A stretch of DNA of 64,000 bases from an uncultured Candidatus Saccharibacteria bacterium (GTDB taxonomy: Bacteria; Patescibacteriota; Doudnabacteria; UBA920), in the NCBI GenBank assembly GCA_964473815.1, contig CAYYQK010000001.1:179845-243844 (forward strand), given 5' to 3'. Under the pieces are notes generated by a model. It had not been told where the DNA came from and made no database searches. It saw nothing but the letters and a program-made list of their open reading frames with translations. Shown here one piece after another: positions 1 to 9,105 of this stretch (its first letter is position 1; every line of letters begins with the position of its first letter). A program made the position numbers and the translations under genes.

Positions 1-31
1 GACTGGCATCGGTTTTTAGTTAAACAAATTA

Positions 32-1465
32 CTAATAATCTTTACACTCATTTTCGTTACACATAAATCCAGTCACACCTTTCGGCGGATTGTCGTAAAC
101 CGCTTTCAGGGTAAACGAGTCAAAAGTGTCATTGACTGTATATGCGTACGAACTACCATTTGGATCCACCGGCACTTTGGTTAAGTATCGCGGCACCAAT
201 ACATTAGGATACTGCTGTGCGGTTGGAAATGCAAATACTTTTGTACTGTTCGAATCAATTTGGGCGCTGGAGTAAATAATCAACGCCATCTTGATATTTT
301 GTAAATCGTTTTGTCTTTGTTGATTGTTGGCCGCAGCATCTTGCTTAGTGGAGTCGGACAAAGCATCTTTGGTAGTGTATTTAATCAACTGATTCTGTGT
401 TTCACTAAAGTAAGATAAGGTGAAGTCGGAATTTTTTGCACCACTACTGTAGCTGTACACATACTGCATTTTATTAATCGGATCGTTGTAATCTGTTTTT
501 TCTGTATTGTAAGATTTTATCGCTTCAACCATGCTCGAAAAGTCGCTTGTGGCCGGGAAAGTCTTTTTGTCTTTTTGATATTTTAACAAAGCCGCACCGA
601 CTTTTTTTATTGCATCCTGACGACGGGTGTCGCGGTCTAGTTTGGCCTGCGGTGAAGTATCAATGCCAAGATCTTCCAAAGTTTTAGCATTCGGATCTTT
701 AAAGTCATACAAAGTTAAGGCAGCAGGGCCCAGTGTAGTTAGAGTTGGCTGATGCAAACCTTTATCTTTGATTCGGTTTACGATTTCATCTTTGCGAGAA
801 TCGGTATATGGAGCGTTGGTGTGAATATCATAACCACCCTTCACGAAGTCAGCATCACTGTAATCCCCTTCGCGATATGTGCGAGACAAAAGTGGATCGG
901 TATCGAAAACATTTTTTTCATCACCGTCGGCTATGCCATCGCTGTCGCTGTCAGGATTGTTTGGATCGGTGCCAGTGTCGAATTCTTGCTTGTTTGTGAA
1001 GCCATCGCGATCAGGATCGGCTTTGTCACCACACTGAGTAAGATTGGTGCAGGTATCTGAACCAAAGAAACGGGCCAGCCAGTCGCCTGGTGTGGTGACA
1101 TCAGGATTGGTTGGTTGAGCGGGACCAGTATTCGTATTAGTAACCTGAGCCACGTCATGAGGCTTGCGCATAAAATACCACACTGCCGCTGTGGCTATAG
1201 CGACCAGTAAAACAAACCCAACCGACATCAAGAACCATTTATTTTTGAAAATGCTGAAAAAGCCACCTTTTGTTGGCTGAGTAATTGTTATATTAGTTGC
1301 CGTAGGTCCGCTTACCACGGCTTCGGGGGCCATGGGGCGTGCTTGCCTTGCAGGGACATCAACACCGCTGCTAGCAATGCTGCCAGTAGCGCTGACTTCG
1401 GGCATGACGTTATAAAAAACTTGTGGTTCTTCGGATCCGTCTGTTTGTATTTCAGAATCTGCCAT
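32..1465 (-). CDS. Membrane-anchored protein with TSP3-like Ca-binding repeats and two GspG/pilin-like domains
   Basis: One TM (WFLMSVGFVLLVAIATAAVWYF); DPDRDG..E...GTDP..DSDSDG repeats; two RDxxRxxD/QRQNDL...AL..Y...FP...DP...Y.Y...F.L segments. Confidence 0.65.
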   Translation of the reverse strand: MADSEIQTDGSEEPQVFYNVMPEVSATGSIASSGVDVPARQARPMAPEAVVSGPTATNITITQPTKGGFFSIFKNKWFLMSVGFVLLVAIATAAVWYFMRKPHDVAQVTNTNTGPAQPTNPDVTTPGDWLARFFGSDTCTNLTQCGDKADPDRDGFTNKQEFDTGTDPNNPDSDSDGIADGDEKNVFDTDPLLSRTYREGDYSDADFVKGGYDIHTNAPYTDSRKDEIVNRIKDKGLHQPTLTTLGPAALTLYDFKDPNAKTLEDLGIDTSPQAKLDRDTRRQDAIKKVGAALLKYQKDKKTFPATSDFSSMVEAIKSYNTEKTDYNDPINKMQYVYSYSSGAKNSDFTLSYFSETQNQLIKYTTKDALSDSTKQDAAANNQQRQNDLQNIKMALIIYSSAQIDSNSTKVFAFPTAQQYPNVLVPRYLTKVPVDPNGSSYAYTVNDTFDSFTLKAVYDNPPKGVTGFMCNENECKDY

Positions 1466-1488
1466 TTTGTTTTGTTTTTTAACCTGAG

Positions 1489-1857
1489 TTAGGCGTTAAA
1501 AAATACTTCTAAAGTTATGATAAATAAAATTAAGGTTAGTCCTACCCACCAAAATAAGACGTGGAATACTTGGAGTAGCAGCAGTGCAATGACCAAGAGA
1601 GCAAGTAAGACGGCTTGTCGGAAACTGATTCGCAGTTGTTCGGAAAACATCCCTGGCCAAAATTGGCGACGAAGCCACGTGCCTACTAGTGTGAATAATC
1701 CTGCGATTGTGAGCAGCAACGTTAAATAAAAGAAAATGTGTGGCAGCAGGCCTGATGTGAAAGGATCAACAAACCACAAAATCGAAACTAATCCGGCCAA
1801 AGACAGAAGCGTGCCTAAGCTGATTGGTAGTAAATAGTTTCTTGTAGTGTGGTGCAT
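1489..1857 (-). CDS. Hypothetical multi-TM membrane protein
   Basis: 122 aa, about four hydrophobic stretches; TGGTATACT extended -10 upstream. Confidence 0.7.
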   Translation of the reverse strand: MHHTTRNYLLPISLGTLLSLAGLVSILWFVDPFTSGLLPHIFFYLTLLLTIAGLFTLVGTWLRRQFWPGMFSEQLRISFRQAVLLALLVIALLLLQVFHVLFWWVGLTLILFIITLEVFFNA

Positions 1858-1915
1858 TTAAGGTTTCTCTCGCCTTTTAGTATACCACATTTGCTAGGTT
1901 TATGCCTAATTGTTT

Positions 1916-2308
1916 CTAGTTGTTACGCCAAGATGAGTCTCGGTTAAAGTCGTCTTCGAGTCGCTCGTTGTCGAACTCATCGAACTCACCGGTAATAACC
2001 TCGATAACTATGAAGGGTTCTGTCCCTTGTCGATTGTCCAAGCGATGTTTGTCGCCAATATTTATCTGGACTGATTCCCCTGCTTTGAAAGGAATTTCTT
2101 CATCGTTAATTACAGCAATGCCCCTGCCTGAAACTGCGAACCAATGTTCGTGCCGCAGTTGGTGTTGCTGGTATGAAAGTCTTTTGCCAGGATGAACCTC
2201 GAGCCGTTTGATGATAACGTCTTTGCTATTGCCTTGATTTTGCAGTTCGGAAAGAACTGTAAAATTTCCCCAAGGTCGTTCTTCGTAATCTTTAGCGTTT
2301 TTGGCCAT
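1916..2308 (-). CDS. Cupin, mannose-6-phosphate isomerase type II C-terminal domain
   Basis: ERPWG and LSYQQHQLRHEHW...KHRL cupin motifs. Confidence 0.85.
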   Translation of the reverse strand: MAKNAKDYEERPWGNFTVLSELQNQGNSKDVIIKRLEVHPGKRLSYQQHQLRHEHWFAVSGRGIAVINDEEIPFKAGESVQINIGDKHRLDNRQGTEPFIVIEVITGEFDEFDNERLEDDFNRDSSWRNN

Positions 2309-2921
2309 TGCGTTTTATTCCTGCAAAAATATTCTGGCGTAATTGTTTGTTGGTTGCGAATTTGTAGAGGTATGGTGAAATTGAAACAAGAATTATCAAA
2401 ATGATTCCTGGAATGATGTATTTGTCGACGTTTGGTATTGATACACCTAAGTAGTAACCGAGTAAGGTCAAGCTAGTTCCCCAAAGAATGGCACCGATGC
2501 CAGCGAAGAATAGAAAATTTTTGTAACTCATTGCTCCTACTCCTGCCATTGTTGAGGCAAAGGTTCGGACGATAGGAACAAAGCGTGCGATGACTAAAGT
2601 TTTCGAACCATGGTGCTCAAAAAACTGTTGCGTTTTTTCGAGATGAGATTTGCGAAACCAGAATGACTCTTCTTTTTTGAAAATTTTTGGTCCGATTTTA
2701 CGGCCAATCCAGTAGCCTAAGTTATCACCACAAAAGACCGCAATGATGATTAGTGGAATTAGTACTTCAATATTAAGATAGTGCTGCGAGGCCAAAATAC
2801 CTGCGGTGAAAAGCAGGCTGTCGCCTGGAAGGAAGAAGCCGATCAATAGACCGGTTTCGGCAAAAAGAATTGCGAAAAGTCCTAAATATCCGGCTGCTTT
2901 GACTAATGAGATTAAATCCAT
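2292..2921 (-). CDS. dedA: DedA/VTT family membrane protein
   Basis: FAETGLLIGFFLPGDSLLFTAG and ARFVPIVRTF motifs. Confidence 0.92.
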   Translation of the reverse strand: MDLISLVKAAGYLGLFAILFAETGLLIGFFLPGDSLLFTAGILASQHYLNIEVLIPLIIIAVFCGDNLGYWIGRKIGPKIFKKEESFWFRKSHLEKTQQFFEHHGSKTLVIARFVPIVRTFASTMAGVGAMSYKNFLFFAGIGAILWGTSLTLLGYYLGVSIPNVDKYIIPGIILIILVSISPYLYKFATNKQLRQNIFAGIKRNGQKR

Positions 2922-2954
2922 TTAATTAAGTTAATACAATACATTATAACAGTT

Positions 2955-5912
2955 CTAGAGCATATCTTCGTAGTTGCAAGTGTGGCGTTTGGATTTTTTG
3001 TGAAGCTCGGCAAATTTGTCGTATTTTACTGCGTCGCGAATTTGCTCGATTGTTACTACAAGTTTTTCTTTCAATTCTTTCAGATCCTCCTGCTTGGCAA
3101 GAGGGTCAGTAACTATTTCATTAGGATATAGATACCAATATTGTAGGTTTTCGACTGGCTCTTTGAAGAATTCTTCCGCTGCCCATTGGTAAATTCTGAG
3201 CTGATCCACATCGCTGCTCGAAGATTTGCTTGGAACTTTTTCTGAAGTTTTATAATCGATAATTCTTAGTCCCTTGTCACCGGCGTCGGCGCGGTCGATT
3301 TTTCCATTGAAGGTGTACTGACTTTTATCACCCAGTTTCATGCTAAATGATTCTTCGATGTATTTGGGTTTGATATCGTCTTTGTGTTTTGTTGTTGATT
3401 CAAAAAAGGTTTTGAGAATTTGTTCCCCTCTTTGTCGATATTGTTCTTTTTGTTTTTTATTTTCGTACCAGTCATCGATCCACTCTTTAGTGTAGAGTTC
3501 TTCAAGGAGTTTTTCCGGTGGAAGTTCAACAGCGATTTCTTTGGTGAATAAGTCTTGCTGCGGTGCGCTAAGGCGGCGCTGGTAATCTTCCATATATTTC
3601 TGAAGCACCGTATGTATAGTCGAACCAAAACTTAAATGATGATTCCCGGGTAACGGAAGACGCAAGTAAAAACGATATTTATATTCTTGCGGGCAGTTCA
3701 AAAATGTTGTGATGCCAGTGAAAGAAAAAGTTTCTGGTAATTGTTTGTAAATTACTTTGCGCGCTTTGGTTACAGGTTTGTTAAACACGACTTTGCCCGT
3801 GGCTTTAGTAATGTTTTCACTTGGTACAAGATTTGTTTCTTGGAGAAAGATTGATGGCTTTTTAAATTTCGCACCCCCGTAATCAAGTCCCCAACTTAAG
3901 TACAAATGAGTTTTAGCTCGGGTCAGAGCAACATAAAAAAGTCTACGCTCTTCTTGTAAGTGAAAGTCGCCTTCGGGAAGAATGTCTTTAACAAGTGCTG
4001 TAGGAATTTCTATTGCGTCTCGTTGTGCGCGCGTTGGAAAACGCTGATCAACCATATTCACAATAAAAGCGAATTTAAATTCCAGACCTTTCGCGCTGTG
4101 GATGGTCATTACTTTAAGGCTTTCAGGGCCACTGTTTGGATCGAATTTTATCGCCCCTTGTTCGCCTGCTTTAAATTCCAGGCTTAATTCAGCTAAAAAT
4201 CCGCGCATGGTGCGGTCTTCTGCCTCCTGGGCATAGTTTTCCACCTTTTTGTAGAATTGCTCTAATAGCTCACGATTCTGAGCATTTTCCAAAGTGTCTT
4301 CTTCGAGCATTTGGTCTATCCCCAGATCTGCCACCAGTTCGACAAATAATTCGATTGCAGATTTCTCAGAAGTTTCCGCACTGTGCTTTTTTAACAATCC
4401 GAAAAGCAGATTAATTTTTGTTTTTGATTCCTCACTTAATTGTGACAAAGCTTCTTGTGATTGCATCGCTTCGTACAGTGAAATGGTTTTGCGATTTATG
4501 AATTGCGTTAAGTGCGCAATGTCGACTGCGTTGAGTTGAAATTTCGGAAAATTAAGCACACGATACAGCGCGGCAGTCTCATGGTAATTGTCGAGAAGTT
4601 TTAAATAATTGATGATATCCGCGATGAGCGGCTTTTTGTAAAGACCGCGGTTGGCCACAAAACTGTATGGAATATTTTTAGCTTCGAGCACAGGAATAAT
4701 TTCGCTGGCCGCTGAGTTGCTGCGGGTTAAAATGCAAAAATCGTTCCAGGTTGAATCTGGAAACTTTGCTTTTAGTTCGAAGGCTTTTGTAACAACTAAG
4801 TTCAGTTCCTCGCTTAAATCTTTGCCTTCTAATACTTTGATTTCACTGGCATCTTTATTGTGACCTTTGAGTCGCTTGTCGATTTTGAGCTTTTCTTCTA
4901 AGCGGTTTGGGTTATTGTGCTGAATGAATTCATATGCCAAATCCAAAATTTTCTGCGAGCTTCGGTAGTTGTCTACAAGTGTAAGGCTGGAAATAGTTGG
5001 AAAGTCTTCTTTGATCTTTAATATGTTCGAAACTGATGCACCGCGGAATTTGTAAATGGATTGGTCGTCGTCTCCAACTACAACTAAATTTGGTACCACA
5101 ATGTTCGGATCTTTGTGCGTTGTCAGAAGTTTGATGAGTTCGTATTGCGCTACGTTAGTGTCTTGAAATTCATCTACCATTACAAATTTAAAAAATTGTT
5201 GATAGTAACGCAGTAGGTTGGGCCGTTTTTGAAATAGTTGAATACAGTAGTGAATCAGATCGCCAAAAACCATGTACTCATTGTCGAGCATAAGTTTTTG
5301 GTAAGTGTGATATGCGTTCGCTAACTCTTCAATACGCTTGATTTCGGCAATGGTGTCGTCATCTGTACCGATTGGAAGCTGCGCATCTCCGCTGCTAAGT
5401 TTAAGTGACTCGGCGTAATTCAAATAATCTTCAGGTGTAATTAATTCATCTTTGCATTTTGAAAAATGATCGAGCAAAGAATCTATGAACCGGTTCGGAC
5501 TGCCCAAGGGCCGATAGTAATCCAGTTGGAATTTATCAAAATTTTTATAAATAAAAATCCACTGCTTGGTTTGGTCAAGAAGTTGGAAGTCATTCGACAA
5601 ACCAATGTCGATGCCATGCTGCTTAATGATGCGCTCACAAAAACTGTGGAAAGTCGAAATCCAAAAATCGTGGACACCCAAAGGGACTAGTTGATCTACA
5701 CGATCTTCCATTTCACCAGCGGCTTTGTCTGTGAACGTCAAAGCCAAAATTTGCTCAGGTCTAGCCAATTTTTGTTCTATGAGGTAGGCAATGCGGCGAG
5801 TGATCACCGTGGTCTTCCCTGTCCCGGCACCAGCCACAATTAACAACGGACCGTCAGTGTGAGTGACGGCTTTGAGTTGTTGTTCATTTAGGTTTTCGAG
5901 GAGGTTTGACAT
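2955..5912 (-). CDS. UvrD/PcrA-type SF1 helicase fused to C-terminal PD-(D/E)XK nuclease (AdnB/AddA-like)
   Basis: AGAGTGKT, VDEFQD, VGDDDQSIY, NYRS, TIHSAKGLEF, EERRLFYVALTRA; C-terminal GKIDRAD...IIDYKT...QLRIY. Confidence 0.93.
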   Translation of the reverse strand: MSNLLENLNEQQLKAVTHTDGPLLIVAGAGTGKTTVITRRIAYLIEQKLARPEQILALTFTDKAAGEMEDRVDQLVPLGVHDFWISTFHSFCERIIKQHGIDIGLSNDFQLLDQTKQWIFIYKNFDKFQLDYYRPLGSPNRFIDSLLDHFSKCKDELITPEDYLNYAESLKLSSGDAQLPIGTDDDTIAEIKRIEELANAYHTYQKLMLDNEYMVFGDLIHYCIQLFQKRPNLLRYYQQFFKFVMVDEFQDTNVAQYELIKLLTTHKDPNIVVPNLVVVGDDDQSIYKFRGASVSNILKIKEDFPTISSLTLVDNYRSSQKILDLAYEFIQHNNPNRLEEKLKIDKRLKGHNKDASEIKVLEGKDLSEELNLVVTKAFELKAKFPDSTWNDFCILTRSNSAASEIIPVLEAKNIPYSFVANRGLYKKPLIADIINYLKLLDNYHETAALYRVLNFPKFQLNAVDIAHLTQFINRKTISLYEAMQSQEALSQLSEESKTKINLLFGLLKKHSAETSEKSAIELFVELVADLGIDQMLEEDTLENAQNRELLEQFYKKVENYAQEAEDRTMRGFLAELSLEFKAGEQGAIKFDPNSGPESLKVMTIHSAKGLEFKFAFIVNMVDQRFPTRAQRDAIEIPTALVKDILPEGDFHLQEERRLFYVALTRAKTHLYLSWGLDYGGAKFKKPSIFLQETNLVPSENITKATGKVVFNKPVTKARKVIYKQLPETFSFTGITTFLNCPQEYKYRFYLRLPLPGNHHLSFGSTIHTVLQKYMEDYQRRLSAPQQDLFTKEIAVELPPEKLLEELYTKEWIDDWYENKKQKEQYRQRGEQILKTFFESTTKHKDDIKPKYIEESFSMKLGDKSQYTFNGKIDRADAGDKGLRIIDYKTSEKVPSKSSSSDVDQLRIYQWAAEEFFKEPVENLQYWYLYPNEIVTDPLAKQEDLKELKEKLVVTIEQIRDAVKYDKFAELHKKSKRHTCNYEDML

Positions 5913-5954
5913 AGCCGGCTATTTTTGATAATTTACCTGATCGGAGGTATGGAT

Positions 5955-6218
5955 ATGATTAATTTAATTCGGTCGGAGGATGACCCTGAAGTTTTTGTTT
6001 TCGCTGGATCTTGCGCAGCACCTGTTTCGGCTTTTGAGACAGTGGGTGGTCCAGTAGAAATTCGGGACAGTGACGAACAGCTAAAATCGAGCAGTTTTAT
6101 CGACCACATGGCCGATGAACTGGCACCGGCAGGCGCCGGGTATTACGAGCTGGGCCAGCTGTCCGAATCGGGCGATGGCCAGGCAGTATTGCCGATACAA
6201 TACTTCAGGTTACCATAA
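5955..6218 (+). CDS. Hypothetical acidic orphan protein
   Basis: GGAGG 7 nt before ATG 5955; TTGACA at 5906-5911; own terminator downstream. Confidence 0.55.
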   Translation: MINLIRSEDDPEVFVFAGSCAAPVSAFETVGGPVEIRDSDEQLKSSSFIDHMADELAPAGAGYYELGQLSESGDGQAVLPIQYFRLP

Positions 6219-6243
6219 TGGTGATTTAACCAATATGATTTTT

Positions 6244-6270
6244 AAGGCGGTTTTGGTCCGCCTTTTCTTT
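6244..6270 (+). terminator. Intrinsic terminator of the + orphan
   Basis: AAGGCGG-N7-CCGCCTT followed by a T-rich tract. Confidence 0.65.
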
Positions 6271-6274
6271 TTGT

Positions 6275-6721
6275 CTAATTTTTTCCGGAAAAAAAGCCTG
6301 CCCACTGTTTCCAGAGGTCATTACCATCGTCTTTGTATCTTACCCAAAACTGTGAAGGATTTACAATTTGCACGCCATCGTATTCTTCAAGGGTCAACAA
6401 GTCATTATCTCGCGTGATAAGATAGTCAGCTTTAGCTTCGACTGCGCTTTCTAAAATTTTATTATCTTCTTGGTCGCGCACTACGTGAATCTGTCGACGA
6501 TTTACAACCTGATTTATGCGCGACATCAAATCGTTGATTTCACGTTCGTAAGACGGATCTTCCACAAGGCGACGCATTATTAATCGGTTCTCGCGAATAG
6601 TTTGGTGATTCGCAAAAGCCTCAATCTCCCCTGCCCTGACCGCATCGATAATCTGCTTTTCGTAAGAGTAGTCGTCTTTGATTCCATCAATCAAAACATT
6701 CGTGTCTAAAACAATTTTCAT
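6275..6721 (-). CDS. PIN-domain protein (PIN_3, putative toxin family)
   Basis: IVLDTNVL and VRDQEDNKILESA...YLITRDNDLL motifs. Confidence 0.9.
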   Translation of the reverse strand: MKIVLDTNVLIDGIKDDYSYEKQIIDAVRAGEIEAFANHQTIRENRLIMRRLVEDPSYEREINDLMSRINQVVNRRQIHVVRDQEDNKILESAVEAKADYLITRDNDLLTLEEYDGVQIVNPSQFWVRYKDDGNDLWKQWAGFFSGKN

Positions 6722-6744
6722 AACTGAATTTCTAAATTTATTCT

Positions 6745-7308
6745 TTAACGTTTGGTTGTTTTGCGCGGTGCGCGTCCTGGGGTTCGACCACCAGCGCGAC
6801 CACCCTTAATCGCCATTAGGAAACGGCGCGGGTCTTCATCAAGGTCAATAAAATGGTCGGTTAACTCCTTAATTTTACTTGATGTAGACTTTCCAAAAGC
6901 CACCGTTTCGGTTAGCTGGCCGGTCATTTGCAAGTATTCTAAAAGAGGGGCGAAGTCGCCATCGCCACTAGCCAAAACTACCACGTCGAGTTTATTCATC
7001 TGTTTGATGATATCCATGGCAATACCCACATCCCAATCCCCTTTTTGGCTGCCACCGGCAAATGTTTGCAGATCTTTGGCTTTAACTTCAAAGCCAGCCT
7101 TTTCGAGTGCTTCGAAAAAGCTATGTTCTTCCGGCATATCCGCCTTAACAACGTAAGCGATGGCGCGGATTAATTTGCGATTGCCAAGCGCTTCTTTTAG
7201 CACTTCGTTAAAGTTCACTCTGGCCGAGTAAATGTTGCGTGCACTGTAATATAAATTTTGGACATCAACGAATATTCCTACGCGTTGGTCCGGGTTTCTT
7301 ATTGACAT
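6745..7308 (-). CDS. NYN domain protein (LabA/DUF88)
   Basis: IFVDVQNL, KGDWDVGIAMD, SGDGDFAPL motifs. Confidence 0.92.
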   Translation of the reverse strand: MSIRNPDQRVGIFVDVQNLYYSARNIYSARVNFNEVLKEALGNRKLIRAIAYVVKADMPEEHSFFEALEKAGFEVKAKDLQTFAGGSQKGDWDVGIAMDIIKQMNKLDVVVLASGDGDFAPLLEYLQMTGQLTETVAFGKSTSSKIKELTDHFIDLDEDPRRFLMAIKGGRAGGRTPGRAPRKTTKR

Positions 7309-7309
7309 G

Positions 7310-7981
7310 TTAATGTTTATTAATGAATGTTTTTAGTGCCTCCTCAGTTTTCGGGAAACCATATTCAATTTTAGGAAAATCTTTATATTTATATTCCTTA
7401 TCATTGATAAAAAATAAATTTCTATCCCTATTTGCATTTATATCATAGAAGAAGCGTCCGGCGTGACCTCTAAGCATTGGATATAAATCTACAAAATATA
7501 AATGGGGCGGATTATTGCTATTTTCAGTGGCTCCATATATAAAGTTGTTTCTATTACCCAAATCTAAAAAATCACCAGTACCGTTATTGTAGGTATCATT
7601 GTACATTTGTACTGACTTCGATAAGAATTCATCTTTTTCATTCAAAAACTTTCTGATATTTTCTTCACTCAGTTCGTGAATGGACATAACTTTTTTCATA
7701 AATACGTAAGGCGCTTTTTCATCTAAAACATCAGAATGACCATAGGCTAGATGAAATTCAGGAATAAAATCAGCAAAGTATTGCTTAATTTGCAAAAGGT
7801 TTTGTTCAAATTTTTGTCTTTTCTTTTCAAATTCCCTTTCCTCACCAGGGGCGTATAATACTATTTCCTTTGCCAAGTAATCAGGATTATTTTGAATTTC
7901 TGTTATTTGACTATATCCTCCCTCATGTTTTAATATATCACCTTTCAAAAAAGGTTCTAAACCTTCTTTCATCTTATTCAA
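7310..7981 (-). CDS. AT-rich orphan, possible protein-kinase-like fold
   Basis: EGGYSQI...LAKE, YVFMKKV, DL...NNF, YFVD in kinase-like order. Confidence 0.5.
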   Translation of the reverse strand: MNKMKEGLEPFLKGDILKHEGGYSQITEIQNNPDYLAKEIVLYAPGEEREFEKKRQKFEQNLLQIKQYFADFIPEFHLAYGHSDVLDEKAPYVFMKKVMSIHELSEENIRKFLNEKDEFLSKSVQMYNDTYNNGTGDFLDLGNRNNFIYGATENSNNPPHLYFVDLYPMLRGHAGRFFYDINANRDRNLFFINDKEYKYKDFPKIEYGFPKTEEALKTFINKH

Positions 7982-9005
7982 TTAAATTTTGGGCTTCTTC
8001 GGCCGCGAGCTCTGTTACTTCAGTTTGTTCTAACTGAAGTGTGGCCGCGTTTTTGATATTAGCCTGCAGCTTAGCGAAGTCATTGCCTACGGTGCCCATG
8101 GTGTTGCCCGCGTTTTTGATGTGATTGGAAAGCACGCCCAAGTTGCGGCCAAACTTGTCGCTTTCCTGTTGAATGCCAGCTACCATGTGCAAGAGTCGCT
8201 CCGCCACTTCGTTAACTTGCTGGCCACGTAAAGCTATCAAAATAATTTGGAGGTGGTGGTAAAGAGTGTTTGGACTCACCATGTATACTTTTTTACCACG
8301 TGCGTATTCAACCGTGGCTGTATCTTCTAATGCCTCGTGAAAAACACCTTCGCTTGGAATGTACATTAATGCAAAGTCAAAAGTGTTCTCTTGAGGGAGA
8401 ATATACTTTTTGTGGATTTCATCAATGCGTTTGCGGATGTCGCGTAAAAATTGCTTCTTTAAGTTTTCTGCTGCGTCATCTTCTTTAGCTTCCTTGTACA
8501 AACGAAAATTTTCCATGGAGAACTTACTGTCTACAGGTAGAATTTTTTCGCCCACGAACACAGCCATATCTACCACTTCTCCATTCTTGAATTTATACTG
8601 CGATCGGTACGCAGACTTATTCAAAACCTGAGACAACATGTTCTCAAGCATTTCTTCGCCAAAGTTACCACGTGCTTTGGGCGATGCTAACACTTCACTT
8701 AACCGACGAATGTCTGGGCCAATCTGTGACATCTCCCCTAGTCGGCCCTGTAAGGCGCCAATAACTTTGGCGGCGTTGTCTAAGCGCTCATTAATATCTT
8801 TATTAGTTGCAGAAATGGATTTATCCATCTGCTCACGGGTTTGCTCAGTACCAGCTTTAATGTCGCGCATCCACTCCATCATTACTTTCAAAGATTCACT
8901 ATCCTGTGGTTGTTCAGACGCTTTTTTCATTTGCATTAACAGATACAAAAGCAAGCCGAATCCGGCAACTAAAACTGCGATAATTATGTATAAAACTGCG
9001 TTCAT
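7974..9005 (-). CDS. rmuC: DNA recombination protein RmuC
   Basis: N-terminal TM, coiled coil, RGNFGE..LE, PVDSKF, KYI...TFDFALMYIPSE, VSPNTL. Confidence 0.92.
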   Translation of the reverse strand: MNAVLYIIIAVLVAGFGLLLYLLMQMKKASEQPQDSESLKVMMEWMRDIKAGTEQTREQMDKSISATNKDINERLDNAAKVIGALQGRLGEMSQIGPDIRRLSEVLASPKARGNFGEEMLENMLSQVLNKSAYRSQYKFKNGEVVDMAVFVGEKILPVDSKFSMENFRLYKEAKEDDAAENLKKQFLRDIRKRIDEIHKKYILPQENTFDFALMYIPSEGVFHEALEDTATVEYARGKKVYMVSPNTLYHHLQIILIALRGQQVNEVAERLLHMVAGIQQESDKFGRNLGVLSNHIKNAGNTMGTVGNDFAKLQANIKNAATLQLEQTEVTELAAEEAQNLIE

Positions 9006-9013
9006 ATAGATGT

Positions 9014-9022
9014 ATTATATCA
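9014..9022 (-). promoter_or_regulatory. Extended -10 promoter of rmuC (near-leaderless)
   Basis: TGATATAAT ending 8 nt before the ATG. Confidence 0.55.
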
Positions 9023-9034
9023 AACTTTAGGTAT

Positions 9035-9070
9035 AAAAACAGGCTCCCTCTATAATTCCAGAGAGAGCCT
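9035..9070 (-). terminator. Intrinsic terminator of the IMPase gene
   Basis: 11-bp stem (one G-U) followed by GTTTTT on the minus strand. Confidence 0.7.
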
Positions 9071-9105
9071 AAATTGTGATCAATAGAAGTGCAAATGCCT
9101 GAAGC

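Noticed and set aside
6275-6721. Complete VapBC toxin-antitoxin pair
   Set aside because: No small antitoxin gene upstream; the neighbour is an NYN protein
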